From a virus (taxonomy: Duplodnaviria > Caudoviricetes), in IMG/VR virus record IMGVR_UViG_3300025103_000139, positions 1-25,891 of that record: a stretch of DNA of 25,891 nucleotides; one strand, 5' to 3'. The notes beneath the pieces are model-generated. The model saw only the letters and a program-made list of their open reading frames with translations, made no database searches and had not been told where the DNA came from. Numbering within the stretch: position 1 is the stretch's first letter; every line of letters starts with the position of its first letter. Made by a program: the position numbers and the translations under genes. Shown in pieces: positions 1-11,500 of this stretch.

Positions 1-930
1 ACATCTGATGATTATGAATTTTTAGAAGATACTTTCCATGATATAGGAATTAAAGGACAATGTTCAGTTGCAACTACTCCTAATGGTGTTGTTTGGGCAA
101 ATAAAAACGGATGCTATTTATATGACGGAGAGGAATTAACTAATTTAATTGAAAATAAAATTCCTAATAATAATTATTATTCTATTTATATCAATAATCA
201 ATGGAACCCTGGAGATACTGCTTTAAATGATTCAAAATATGTAGTTGGATATATAGAAGATAGAGATTCTATTCTTGTTAGTTTTTCAGATAAAAAAGTT
301 ACTGCAATTAATTACCCAACAGCGGCAACATATCATTTTGGTACAAAAGCTTGGACACTTTTATATGCATCACTATCTAACCAAGAAACTGGAGAAACTG
401 GTAATTTTTCTAATTTTATAACAGATAATAATGGGGATATGATTTATTACCACCATGATTCTGCAAGACTATCCTATAATATTAATGAAATAAAAAAATG
501 GAACCATGATGCAATAGAAGATAGTGATTTTAGTTTAACAACTAAACCGTTTTACTTTACAACTAAAGATATTACTTTTGATTCTATATCATCTACTAAA
601 AATATATACACAGTATATATAACATATAAAGTAAAAAGGGATGGTACTGATTCTGGAGTTGCAGTTAAAGCAGCTGTTAATGGTTCTAATAGCTTTACAG
701 TGGATTTTAGTGCTTCAAGTAAATTTAAAGGAACAGCTACTACATGTTATGGCTCATCTACTTTAGATGAAACAGATGGAATATGGAAAATCGCTGAATT
801 AAAATTAGATACTCCAAGTGAAGGAAAAGGTATTAATAGTATACAATTACAAATGACAGGCGCCACTGCAGCATTTGATTTTGAAGTTAATGATATTAGT
901 ATTGAGTATAGGATAGTTAAGAAAAGTTAA
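1..930 (+). CDS. 5'-truncated virion tail protein, probably a nozzle/stabilisation protein (P22 gp10 / tail tubular B-like beta-propeller)
   Basis: Frame 1 is open from base 1 (TSDDYEFLEDTFHDIGIKGQCSVATTPNGVVWANKNGCYLYDGEELTNL...) straight into the listed 439..930 ORF. The G..Q.SV....GVVW....G.YLYDG pattern is typical of podophage nozzle proteins, and the gene lies upstream of ejection-like genes. Confidence 0.6.
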   Translation, partial: TSDDYEFLEDTFHDIGIKGQCSVATTPNGVVWANKNGCYLYDGEELTNLIENKIPNNNYYSIYINNQWNPGDTALNDSKYVVGYIEDRDSILVSFSDKKVTAINYPTAATYHFGTKAWTLLYASLSNQETGETGNFSNFITDNNGDMIYYHHDSARLSYNINEIKKWNHDAIEDSDFSLTTKPFYFTTKDITFDSISSTKNIYTVYITYKVKRDGTDSGVAVKAAVNGSNSFTVDFSASSKFKGTATTCYGSSTLDETDGIWKIAELKLDTPSEGKGINSIQLQMTGATAAFDFEVNDISIEYRIVKKS

Positions 931-2003
931 TGGCAAATCTTCTCCATTCCAAAGGAACTAGAAATAAGATTTTATCAAGATTTCCTACCAATGATTTTGG
1001 CAATGATGGAGATATAGTTATTGTATCTGCAAAAGGTAGAGGAGTCTATTTATGCACTAAGTCAGGGAATAGATGGCATGCAGCAAATAAATTGCAAGAT
1101 TTACAAAAATTAGAAAAAACATCACTTAAAGACCTTAAATTAGAAAAGCTAAGGATAGGTGGCACTACAATAACTAATGGTGAATACGATGTATCCTCTG
1201 GCGATTTTACGCTAGATGTAACAGGTGAAATTGAATTAAATACAGATGGTGGGCAAGTAACTGTAAACGATGGTGCTGCTTCACACTTTAAATTTGATTG
1301 CGATGGAACTCAACTTATAATATATGATGATGCTAATGCTGCTGATATGTTTACTATAAGGATTGGAGCAGAAGGAGCAACAACTATATCAACTACAGAT
1401 GCAGACACAATAGTAGGACATTTAACATTACAACCTGATGGAGATTTAATATTAAATCCCAAAGAAGGAAAGTTTATAGCTCAAAAAGATGGGACTGAAT
1501 TTAGTGCTGCAGATTCTGCTTATGCAGGAATGATACTTGGATATACACACTTACAACCATCTTCTTCAAGTACAGAATCTCATGCTTTGCAAACATCATT
1601 TACAGTTGAGGATTCTACACACCAAGTAAGATTTATAGTACCACCAAGTGGTAAGGTTGAAATTGAAGCAACAGCGATGTTTAATAGAACAAGTACATCT
1701 GATGTTACTATATATGCAGGTTTGAGTGATAATGCTACATATAATTCTCTAGGAGTAGGATATGAATATGATTATAGTGGTGTATTATCAGATGATGAAT
1801 CAGATGATGAGATAGTTACTTTTAAATGGTGTGTTACAGGATTAACTGCGGGAACAGATACGACTTATCATATAGGCTTTAAATCAAGTGATGCAAGTGC
1901 TGTATATCTCATATATGGAATAAGGTCTACACATGGACTTGCTCACCATCCATTTATTATAAAAGCCACAGCATTGCCTGCAACAATTTATGATGGAAGT
2001 TAG
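930..2003 (+). CDS. Putative tail fibre/spike-associated virion protein (357 aa)
   Basis: TAATG coupling to the upstream gene. Thr/Asp/Gly/Ser-rich beta-type composition, an internal repeat (DFTLDVTGEIELNTDGG / HLTLQPDGDLILNPKEG) and a beta-sandwich-like C-terminus. Confidence 0.5.
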   Translation: MANLLHSKGTRNKILSRFPTNDFGNDGDIVIVSAKGRGVYLCTKSGNRWHAANKLQDLQKLEKTSLKDLKLEKLRIGGTTITNGEYDVSSGDFTLDVTGEIELNTDGGQVTVNDGAASHFKFDCDGTQLIIYDDANAADMFTIRIGAEGATTISTTDADTIVGHLTLQPDGDLILNPKEGKFIAQKDGTEFSAADSAYAGMILGYTHLQPSSSSTESHALQTSFTVEDSTHQVRFIVPPSGKVEIEATAMFNRTSTSDVTIYAGLSDNATYNSLGVGYEYDYSGVLSDDESDDEIVTFKWCVTGLTAGTDTTYHIGFKSSDASAVYLIYGIRSTHGLAHHPFIIKATALPATIYDGS

Positions 2004-2007
2004 TGAT

Positions 2008-2036
2008 TTGTATATGAGTGAAAAAAGTGATATATT
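2008..2036 (+). promoter_or_regulatory. Sigma70-like promoter for the ejection-protein block
   Basis: TTGTAT-17 bp-TATATT with an extended -10 TG, in the largest intergenic gap of the late operon, followed by RBS AAAAGGAG before ATG 2071. Confidence 0.5.
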
Positions 2037-2070
2037 TAATAGTAAAATTTTAGACTAAAAGGAGAATATT

Positions 2071-3027
2071 ATGGCTTATGGTGATTCTTATGGAATGGCA
2101 AGAGTAAATAAGAGTTTTCTTGAAGATATGATGGCAAAGTCTCAAGGAGAAGAAAAGAGTTTATCAGCCACAAACAAGCAAAAAAAGGAAATGCAAGCTA
2201 AATTTCAAGCTGAACTTGAAGCAGCTCAAGCTAAGGCTAGAAAAAAATCAAAAAAATTCGGAGGACTAGGTAAGATTTTAGATATTGTTGGAATGGGACT
2301 TGGCCCATTAGGGTCTGGATTAACAGGCGGTATAAAAGCATTAATAGAAGGAAGCCAAGCTAGAAAAGGAGCAAAATCATTAATGAGTGGAGTTGATTCT
2401 GGAAGATGGGGAAAGACCTTTTTATCAGAAGGAATGGATGAATATAAGAAAGAAGTCGATGATTCTCAAATGTCTATAGGAGATATGCTTGGTGGTGCTT
2501 TAATGTCTGGTGTAGGTTCTTTTGCTATGAGTAAAGCAGGTGGTGCTGAAAAGGGCGAAGGATTTCTACATGATATGTTTAAACCTGGAGATGTAGTAAA
2601 AGAAGGAGCTACAAATATAGGATTTGCTCCAGGTGGAAAAGCAGCTACTGATGCTTCAACTAAAGTAGGTGCTAAGTCAGGTATTGAAATGTTTGGTGAA
2701 AAAAGTTCGAACTTTGATGCTCTTCCAGGTAAGGGTGCTATAAGTACAGATTATTTAAGTCCTAAGGGTACTGCAAGAGGTGAAGGATTCTTACCTAAAA
2801 AGAGCGGAAATTTTGATGTTTTTGGTAAAGATAAAATCTTAGGCGGTATGCCACAACAGACTACTCGTGGTGGAGATATAACTCCTTTTAAAAATCTTAT
2901 AAAATCAGGTAAAGACTCATTTAAGCAAATGACAGGTGATTTTTCTGAAGATGGACTTAAAGGTATGGATTATCAAGAAATGATGAAAATAATGAACCTG
3001 ATGCAAAAATTTGGAGGTAATCTATAA
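2071..3027 (+). CDS. Putative DNA ejection/pilot protein (Gly/Met-rich, 318 aa)
   Basis: N-terminal coiled coil, then Gly-rich hydrophobic helices (GGLGKILDIVGMGLGPLGSGLTGG; MLGGALMSGVGSFAM), in the typical position after tail genes. Confidence 0.5.
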   Translation: MAYGDSYGMARVNKSFLEDMMAKSQGEEKSLSATNKQKKEMQAKFQAELEAAQAKARKKSKKFGGLGKILDIVGMGLGPLGSGLTGGIKALIEGSQARKGAKSLMSGVDSGRWGKTFLSEGMDEYKKEVDDSQMSIGDMLGGALMSGVGSFAMSKAGGAEKGEGFLHDMFKPGDVVKEGATNIGFAPGGKAATDASTKVGAKSGIEMFGEKSSNFDALPGKGAISTDYLSPKGTARGEGFLPKKSGNFDVFGKDKILGGMPQQTTRGGDITPFKNLIKSGKDSFKQMTGDFSEDGLKGMDYQEMMKIMNLMQKFGGNL

Positions 3028-3497
3028 TGGCTTTAATGGATAGTATTATGCAAGAGTTGCAAGGATTTGGATTTAATACAAGCAATATGGGCTATGGGGA
3101 TTTAAGTTCTCTTACTCCAGAAGAAATACAAGCACAGATGAGCAAAAAATTTGGATTAAATATTGGTGATTTAAATCCTGGAATGTTTCAGTCTATAGAC
3201 GAAGGGCTTCAAAAAGGAATGATGGGGAAGCAATATAGTGGATTTTTAGAATCACAATCTCAAGACTTATTATCTAAATTACTTCAATCATCCACTGGTA
3301 AAAAAGCAAATCAAGCAGGCGGGAACTTTGCAGGCAGTGGACAATTTAATCAATTTCAATCAGGAGCTAGAGATGTCTATGGAAAAGGTATGTCTGGAGC
3401 TCTAAGCGGAGTACAAGAAAAACAAGCAGAAAGTGCAAATAGTATTCTTGATATTATAAATTCCTGGAGAGACAAAGCTTCAGAAATATCAGGATAA
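3027..3497 (+). CDS. Putative internal virion/ejection protein (Gln/Gly/Ser-rich, 156 aa)
   Basis: TAATG coupling. The composition and GGNFAGSG segment resemble ejected helical proteins. Confidence 0.45.
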   Translation: MALMDSIMQELQGFGFNTSNMGYGDLSSLTPEEIQAQMSKKFGLNIGDLNPGMFQSIDEGLQKGMMGKQYSGFLESQSQDLLSKLLQSSTGKKANQAGGNFAGSGQFNQFQSGARDVYGKGMSGALSGVQEKQAESANSILDIINSWRDKASEISG

Positions 3498-3521
3498 AAT
3501 AAACATTCATAGGATATATAT

Positions 3522-5582
3522 ATGGCTATAAAAGGATTTGAAAAAAAAGACCCAATGCAGCAGTTCAATCAGATGATGCAAATAATTAATCAGATGAACC
3601 AAATGCAAGACAGAAAAAGCAGAAGATATATGGGTATGTATGATGAATTTGCTAAAAATACTAAATCCTTCGATAATAATGTTTTAGAAAGAGACCTCCA
3701 AAGAATGAATAATTATTATGATAACAATGCTTCTGGAATGTCATCACAAGACATAGAATATCATAATATGGTAAAAAATCAATATACAGACCAAATTAAA
3801 GCTAACAATGACTTTGATATTGATATTGAAAGAAGACATGATTACGGACAAAATATGATGGATATAGCAGACAAATATAGCTCTGCTGATGACTCTTGGA
3901 ATTTTTCATGGACTGAATCTACTATAAATAGAGATACTGGAGAATCTACAGAAACAACTCACGGTGTTGATATGCCAAAAGCTGAAGATTATGAAGGTGG
4001 AGTAAATAATCCACAATATATAAAAGACAATGATGAAGCTCTTGTAGCATTAGGAGGAGTAAAAGGATTTGAAAGAAAAAGAGATGATTATAAAAGATAT
4101 TTAAAGAATGAACTACAGAAACAAATTGGTGGGTACTCTGAATATCAAGAATTAATGGTTAAAAAATATGCAGGTTCAGGAAGAATAAACAATATGCATA
4201 TAAAAGATTTCGGAGAATTAGACGAATCTTATCAGTTTATTGTGAAATCATTAAGTGATGATGGTTATTTTGATGATGAAGAAAGAGAAGCTTACCAATC
4301 AGCTATTATGCAAAAATCTTATTCTCCAATCAAAAACTTTATTGCAAAAGATGCAGAAATAAAGAAATATAAAAGAAACAATTTAATGGCAGAAATGGAT
4401 GCATTAGAAAATCAAGGAGCTATTATATCTGACCATTTAGACAAAGCTTTTTCAGCACAAGGAGGAGCTCCAGGAATAGATGCTGCTTTTACACTATATA
4501 AGAAAGATAACGCAAATTGGGATGGAGACGATAGGACTGTTACTAATAATGATATAGTAAATACCATAAACGATAAAGGAAAACAAGACCCTGAATTATA
4601 TCAATATTTAACATCACTTGAAGGAACTCAAAAAGGAATATTAGAAAAATTAAAAGTTAAAGACCAATCTTTCATAAAAAATGATGGTGGCTCTTATATA
4701 TCTTCAATGGAAGAACAACCTTGGACAGCTTCTATTAGAGATATTCCTCAAGGTAGAGTACCTAGTATGTTAGGTGGAACTACTAATAGACTAGAAGACC
4801 CTGAATTTAATGTATCTGAAAATTTAAATAAAGAATTATCGTCTTCAAATATCAAAGTATTGGATAAGGATTTTGAAATAAGTAATATACAAGATAAATA
4901 TAAAGAAGGAGGAGATTATGCTTCTGGTGGTAAGAAATTAAACAATGAAATAGATAAATTAAATCAAAATATAAAAGATTTAGAGAATAAACCAATAAGA
5001 GGAGAAAGAACTAATGTTGGAAGCAATACATTTTCTCCAAGTCGAAATACAATAAATGATTTTCATATGTGGCCTAAAAAGTCTGGAGGCTTAGGATTCG
5101 GTGTTGGGTTTAAAAAGGCATTGAAAGGTAGTGATTCTTCTATTCCTGAATTAAAAAATATACTTGGTCATGATAATAAAGAATTTACTTCATCAGATTT
5201 ATTAAAAATAGAAAAAAAATATAATGACGATATTGAAACAAAAAATACACTTGTCAATAAATACAGGTCATTAAGAGATACTGGTGTTGATAAAAATTCT
5301 AATGAAATGATTGGTTTACAAAATGAAATTAATGAAATTTATCAAAGATGGTTTGCACGTGAAGAATTTGATTTAGGAACATGGAGTAAATTTAAACTTA
5401 CACCTGGATTTTCCAAAAAAATGGATTGGAATTTAGCATTAGAAGACTCAGGTGATTATAGTGAAGGTGCAACAGTATTATATAAATTTAAAGAGTTTTT
5501 AAGGAATAGATTTGATGAAGATAAAAATAAAATACAAGAACAATCTAATAGGGTTGCAAAAATAAAAAAGAATTTAAAGTAA
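3522..5582 (+). CDS. Putative internal virion protein (686 aa)
   Basis: Long helical/charged ORF with an AGGA RBS, between pilot-like genes and the giant protein. Confidence 0.45.
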   Translation: MAIKGFEKKDPMQQFNQMMQIINQMNQMQDRKSRRYMGMYDEFAKNTKSFDNNVLERDLQRMNNYYDNNASGMSSQDIEYHNMVKNQYTDQIKANNDFDIDIERRHDYGQNMMDIADKYSSADDSWNFSWTESTINRDTGESTETTHGVDMPKAEDYEGGVNNPQYIKDNDEALVALGGVKGFERKRDDYKRYLKNELQKQIGGYSEYQELMVKKYAGSGRINNMHIKDFGELDESYQFIVKSLSDDGYFDDEEREAYQSAIMQKSYSPIKNFIAKDAEIKKYKRNNLMAEMDALENQGAIISDHLDKAFSAQGGAPGIDAAFTLYKKDNANWDGDDRTVTNNDIVNTINDKGKQDPELYQYLTSLEGTQKGILEKLKVKDQSFIKNDGGSYISSMEEQPWTASIRDIPQGRVPSMLGGTTNRLEDPEFNVSENLNKELSSSNIKVLDKDFEISNIQDKYKEGGDYASGGKKLNNEIDKLNQNIKDLENKPIRGERTNVGSNTFSPSRNTINDFHMWPKKSGGLGFGVGFKKALKGSDSSIPELKNILGHDNKEFTSSDLLKIEKKYNDDIETKNTLVNKYRSLRDTGVDKNSNEMIGLQNEINEIYQRWFAREEFDLGTWSKFKLTPGFSKKMDWNLALEDSGDYSEGATVLYKFKEFLRNRFDEDKNKIQEQSNRVAKIKKNLK

Positions 5583-8500
5583 ATGACAGTTTACGAGTAT
5601 TTAGCAAGAAAAAGAGAAGAAAATCCTGACTTCACTACCCTTAGTGATAGGTCTTTGTATACAAAACTCCAAAAAGAAAACGACCCCAATTTACCAAAAA
5701 TGTCCTTAAATGTATCTGGGACTCAATCATCACAACCTACTAGTAGAGGTCAAAAATACTACGAAAGAAAAGTCAATCCAGATATGGTTAATTCATTGTT
5801 TGATTGGACAGACTGGGGTATTAATGATGAATCTTCTGAGTGGGCTAAATCTGCATATAATAATTCAATTACAGGTCTTGCTTATCAAATGTATAATGGA
5901 GAGCAAAGATTTAATTTAGATGGATATAATCCTGGAATGATAGCAGATATAGGTAGTGCTGTATTATCTTTTTCTATGCCATTAGATTTTGCTTCAATGT
6001 TTGTTGGTGGAATTGCTGGAAAAGGGTTAACATCTCTTGGTGGATTTGGAATGAAAGCTGCTGCAACAGAAAATTTAGTAAGACTTGGAGCAAAAAAAGG
6101 TATACAAGAAACTGCAGAACAATTAGCAGCAAGAAAAATTGCAGCTAAGGCTACAGTAGCAGAAATAATAGGAGCTAAAGGTGGAGGTTATTCAGCTTTA
6201 TTATCTCAATACGCACCTAAATCAGCAGGAGCAATAGCTCAATCAGCAACACTAGCTACCTTTGAAGGAGTTAGAGGTGGTATGTCTGCAGCTGTCAATG
6301 ATGAAGATATATGGGCAGGTATTGGACATGGAGTGATGCACGGTGGTATTATGGGTGGTATATCAGGAGCTGTAGGAGCAAGTCTTAATGTTAAAAACGC
6401 AGCATTATGGAATAAAAAGAAGAAAAGTGCACTAACTCCTGCAGAGGAAAAATCAATAGGATTCTGGAGAACAGGTAAAGGTGGACAAGTTGCTGCAGAA
6501 GCTGGGGTATTTACAGCACCAGAAATTAAAAATCTTATAATGGATGAAGATTATTCAATGAGAGATTTAACTAAAAGTTTTTTTACTAATGCTGGCATGA
6601 TGGGAATATTAAAAATACAGCATAAAGGTCAAAATTATCTTTGGGGTGAAGGTAGAAAAGCAGTAAAAGAATATTGGAAGGGTGAAGGTAATCATAAAAA
6701 AATAGAATCAGAAATGTTAAATGATGCTATAAAATCAGTTGAAGAAAATACTGGAATGGATATAGAGGGTTCCACTGTAGCTCAAGATAAATCCATGAAA
6801 GAAACTAAAAAAGCTCTTAGTAAAATGGAAAATGAGTCTTTAAAATTAGCCAATAGTAATAAAAAAGAAAGCAAAGAATGGGAAAAGAAATTCAACGATG
6901 CTGAGAGAGACCTTGCAAGGATGGATGTTAATAATAAGGATGGAATTGAAGTAGATATATTAAGACAAAAATCTGATGGTAGTTATGAGGTAGTAGGTAA
7001 AGAAACCATTTATCATGACCCAACATTTCAAATAAGTACAGAAGGTATAGTAAACACTGCTGATGTTATAAATACTGCTTATGGTGCTATGCTCAAAAGA
7101 ATTGAGACTTTTAAAAAGAATAATCCTCAAATGACCGATGCAGGAGAAGGTAAGCTAAAAGAATATAAAGAACAAGCTGAGGCTTGGTTTCAATTAAAAA
7201 ACAAATCACAAAACATTAATGCTGTTAAAGCTGAGAATAAAAAAATGTCTGATAAAGACCGTAATAAAGCTAAAAGCAAAGCAGAACTATCTTTTAATGA
7301 AGCTTGGGATACAGCTAGCGAAGCTCAAAGAAAAACTTTACGTAAAGGTCTTGAGGATAAAATATCAGAGACAGGAGAAGTTAAAGATGTTTCTGATTTC
7401 CAAACAATACAAGATAGAGCTGACAATTTACTTGAAATTAAAAAACAACAAAAACCTGGAGTTATTTTCCAAGCACCTCAAGAAAAAACCGCATTAAATA
7501 AATTTAAAACAGATAAAACTAATATCGATGTATTTGAAACTAAAGTTCAAGATAAAATTTTTGAAGTTGAAAAAAGCACAGTAAAAACAAAGTATGAAAA
7601 ACAACTTTCTAAAGAGACTTTAGAATTTGAGAGCACTATTGAAAAAAGTAAATTAGATGATAAAATACATAAAAAAACAAAAGGTGAAGATTTTGTAATT
7701 GAAAATGTTACTAAAGCTCAAGAAATATCATATAATGAAAGTAAAGATATTTTAAAATACATATCAAGAGAATTGTCAAGACAAAAAACACCGATTGAAG
7801 ATGCAAAGTCTTACTTACAAATTGCTGATAAATTTTCCAGATTTTTAGCTAGAAATAAAAAAGCTCCAAAATCATTATTAGAAGTAAAAGCAAAAGATAT
7901 AGAGGATTTTGTTAATGAAAATCCTGCGAGCTATAAATCAGGACTTAGCAATGTTATAAAAACATTAACTCAATTAAATGCTAATTACCCTGGTATAATT
8001 ACAGGGGGAATGACATATACAACAGGTGGAGATATAGGAACATTATATAGAACAAGAGCAAAAGGCTCTAAAATGCTAGGATTAACAAGCACGAAAGCTG
8101 ATTTAAGCCCAACTAAAATTGATGTTAAAAATAACACGCTAACAACAGGTACTAAAACAGATGTTAAAATAAAGCCTATTACAACTGAATTAGCAGAGAA
8201 ACTTGAAGCCTTAGATATGAAGTCAAAAGAAAATGATAGACCTGGACATAAAGATTTTCTTTATACAGATACATCAGGAGAAGCTTTAATTAATACTGAT
8301 GCGAATACTATAACAAAAAAGTTTTTAGGGTCAAGAGTTCAGCCATCTGGAGGTGAGGCTAGAGCTACTAGATATTCTTTAATTCAATGGGCTTTAAAGA
8401 GATTTGGAAAAGGAACTTCAGAATATTATCTTATTGATGAATTTTCTATTGGTCATAAATCAAATAAAAAAATGGATGCAACATATTCTGAGGCTATTGA

Positions 8501-11500
8501 AGCAAAAGGTGGCCCAAGGAAATATACTACAAAAATCATTGAGCAATATATAACTGATATTGAAAGAGGTAAATATAATGATGCTTCTGGAAAAGAAGTT
8601 AGCATGAAAACTCTTAATAAAGATATTAGACAAACAGGGTATTATCCTCATGAAATTAAAAAGGGATTAGAAAAAATAGAACAAGCTTCTGATATTATAA
8701 AATATAAAGTTGGGAATGAAACAAAATATGTTGATAAAGCTACTGTTGAAACAATGATTCGACATATGATAGAAACTGGCCCTCGTATTAGAGAAATTGT
8801 TCCAACTCAAAAAGCACTAGATGCAGCAATAGAATTTTCAGCAGAAGGTAAAAAAACTGACTATCAATTATTATCTGAAGCTAAAACAGCTGAATCTTTA
8901 GTTAAAGCCTCTGAGCTTGTTGACCAAGTAAAATGGGTTAAAAAGAAATTTCCTGGATTACATGTTGCTATTAAAAAATCTCTTGGTAAGCACAGAGGAG
9001 AATATGTATTAGGCAAAATACAAGGACATCTTATTAAGATTGCTAAAAATAAAGCAAGAATTGATACTCTTCCACATGAGGTATCTCACCATGTTGTTGA
9101 TGTATTAAAAGCAATGGGTGACCCTTTTAGTAAAAAGATTGTCAAAGATGGTATTAGGATGTTTGAAACTCAAATAAGCAAGAAGAAGGCCATTAGTGAT
9201 TATGCTAAATTAAATAAGAAAAAAGTAAGTGAACTTACAAAAAAAGAGAAGAAGAAAGCTATTGAAGAAGCTGCTGAGGAAGCATTTGTTGAAGCATTAG
9301 GAAAATATACTGCAAAAGAATTACCTAAAGGTATGATAGGTAGAATGAAATCTTGGATAGCAAGAACATTCAATCACTTTAAACAATATTTTGGTCTTAC
9401 AAATAAGAGAGATGTTGCTAAGATGCAAAAAGAGCTTGTTAGTATTGTTGGTGGTAAAGTATTAGGCGGTAAAATACCAACAGATATTATGCCATTAAAA
9501 TCAAGACTTAAAATTAAATATCACACATCAGATACTGAGGTTGGTAAAAAGTTAGTTAAAAAAGCAAAAGGCAATGTATTAGACGTAGAAAAGCAATTAA
9601 TGGAAGACTATAAATATACTAAAGAAGAATTACGAGAATTAGGAGAAAATATAATAGGGGATAGACAGTGGGATAAGCTAGATGTATCTTCTATAGAAAA
9701 GTATCAAGAAAGATTAAATATATTAATAGGTAATTCTGTTCAAGGAGTATCAAAAAAACAATCATTAAATGAAGCAAAAGTTCTTGATATTGAAACACGT
9801 TACCAAGTTACTGCAGAGCAAAGAAATGAATTTTTTAATGATGCTTTAAATGTTTCATTTGAAAAAGCAAATGATTTACAACTAAAAAGTTATAACTCTT
9901 ATGTTATAAAAGGAAATGAAATTAAACCTAGAACTGATAATGTTGTAGATGCTGTAGCAGGTTTTGATGGACAAAATATGCCTAGTATCGGGATGTTTGG
10001 AAGAGCTTTTCTTACATCAGCTGATGTTATTTACAAATATGGTGGTGCACCAGGAAGAATGATATCAAGAAAATTACTCAACCATGATTATACAAGAAGT
10101 ATACTTAAAGGTGAAGGTGAGGTTGTAACAGAAAGAATTAAAACAATAATTGGCAAAGATAAAGATACTTTATATAATAAAATGCATATGCTTGATGGTG
10201 ATTTAGCAAAAGGAGCATTAAAGGATATTCAAAAACTTCATAAGGATTTTGAAACTAAAAGGAAGAATAATAAGTTAATGAATCCAAACGAAATAAATCC
10301 ATGGAAAGCGGAGCTTAAAAGTACAGCAGATGCAATAGTAAACTTTGGAAAAGGTGGAAAATATTATGAAGCAAGAGAGCTATGGAAAGGATTATCTGAC
10401 GGATATTGGAAAACATTAATAAAAGAAATATCAATAAATACTAAAGGCAATAAAGAATTTCAGCAAATAAAAGAAACGCTAGATAAGAAGTTTATAAAAC
10501 AATATTTTGCAAGAAGAGTTACAAGAAAAGCTTTAGAACATTTAAGCAAAGAATCTCCTCAAATAGAAAAACTTATTCAAGATAATATGGCTAGATTGAC
10601 AAAAGAGGATTTACAAAGAGCTGCCTCATCTTTAAATATTACTAAAAATAATAATCCTTTAGAGTATGCAGAATTAATGCGTGGTAAAGGCAAGCAGCTT
10701 GAGAACTTAATAGCAGAAGAAATATTAACTATGATAGAGTATGGTGGACATAAAGTTAAACCTGCGTTTTTAAAGGAAAGAGGAGCTCAATTACCTGAAT
10801 TTATGGAGGTTAATGTTAATGGAGGAAAAGAACTTATTAGAACATATGAGACAAGCTTAGATGGAACCATGGGTTCCTATGTTAATGGTATGGCTAAGTA
10901 TATAGCTACAGTTAAACATTTCCCTGAGTTTACAGAATTAAAAGGAAGGTTTTCATTAAAATCAGATGCAAAATTAAATACATTAAATTTGATGTCAAAA
11001 AACAATACAATGGGAGCTTATGCAGCAGAAACAATTAAAGCACAATTAGGATTAGACTTTAGTAATAGGGATATTTTAATGAATCCTGCCTTAGAAACGA
11101 TTGGGAAACTTACTAATATTTCTGCAGTTATGGGATTATCATCACCTATGGCTGGTATAAAGAATGTACTAATACAGATTCCACGTAGTGTTGCTATATA
11201 TGGAACTCGTAATACAATGAGAGCTTTGAGTTATGGGGTTAAAACAATGAGAGACCCTAAGCTTTTTGAAAAGGCTATGAGGAGAGGGGAAATTGGATAT
11301 GGAACAAAAGAGCTTCTACGTAAACAAGACCCTAAAATTAGATGGTGGTTTGATAATGTAAACTTAATGACCCAGACTGAAAATTTAAATAGAATTGTAC
11401 TTGCTGAAGCTGGTAGAATGCATTTTGCAGACTTAACAAATGTTGCTAGAGGAACTAAATCAATGTTTCATCCTCAAGGTAAAAAGTCTGAAGTATTACG

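Noticed and set aside
439-930. 163-aa ORF as a complete gene
   Set aside because: The same frame is open back to base 1, so it is the 3' end of a longer gene.
3377-8651. Short ORFs 3377..3568(-), 5710..5919(+), 7219..7497(+) and 8460..8651(-)
   Set aside because: They are nested in or antisense to long genes, with no convincing RBS or motif.
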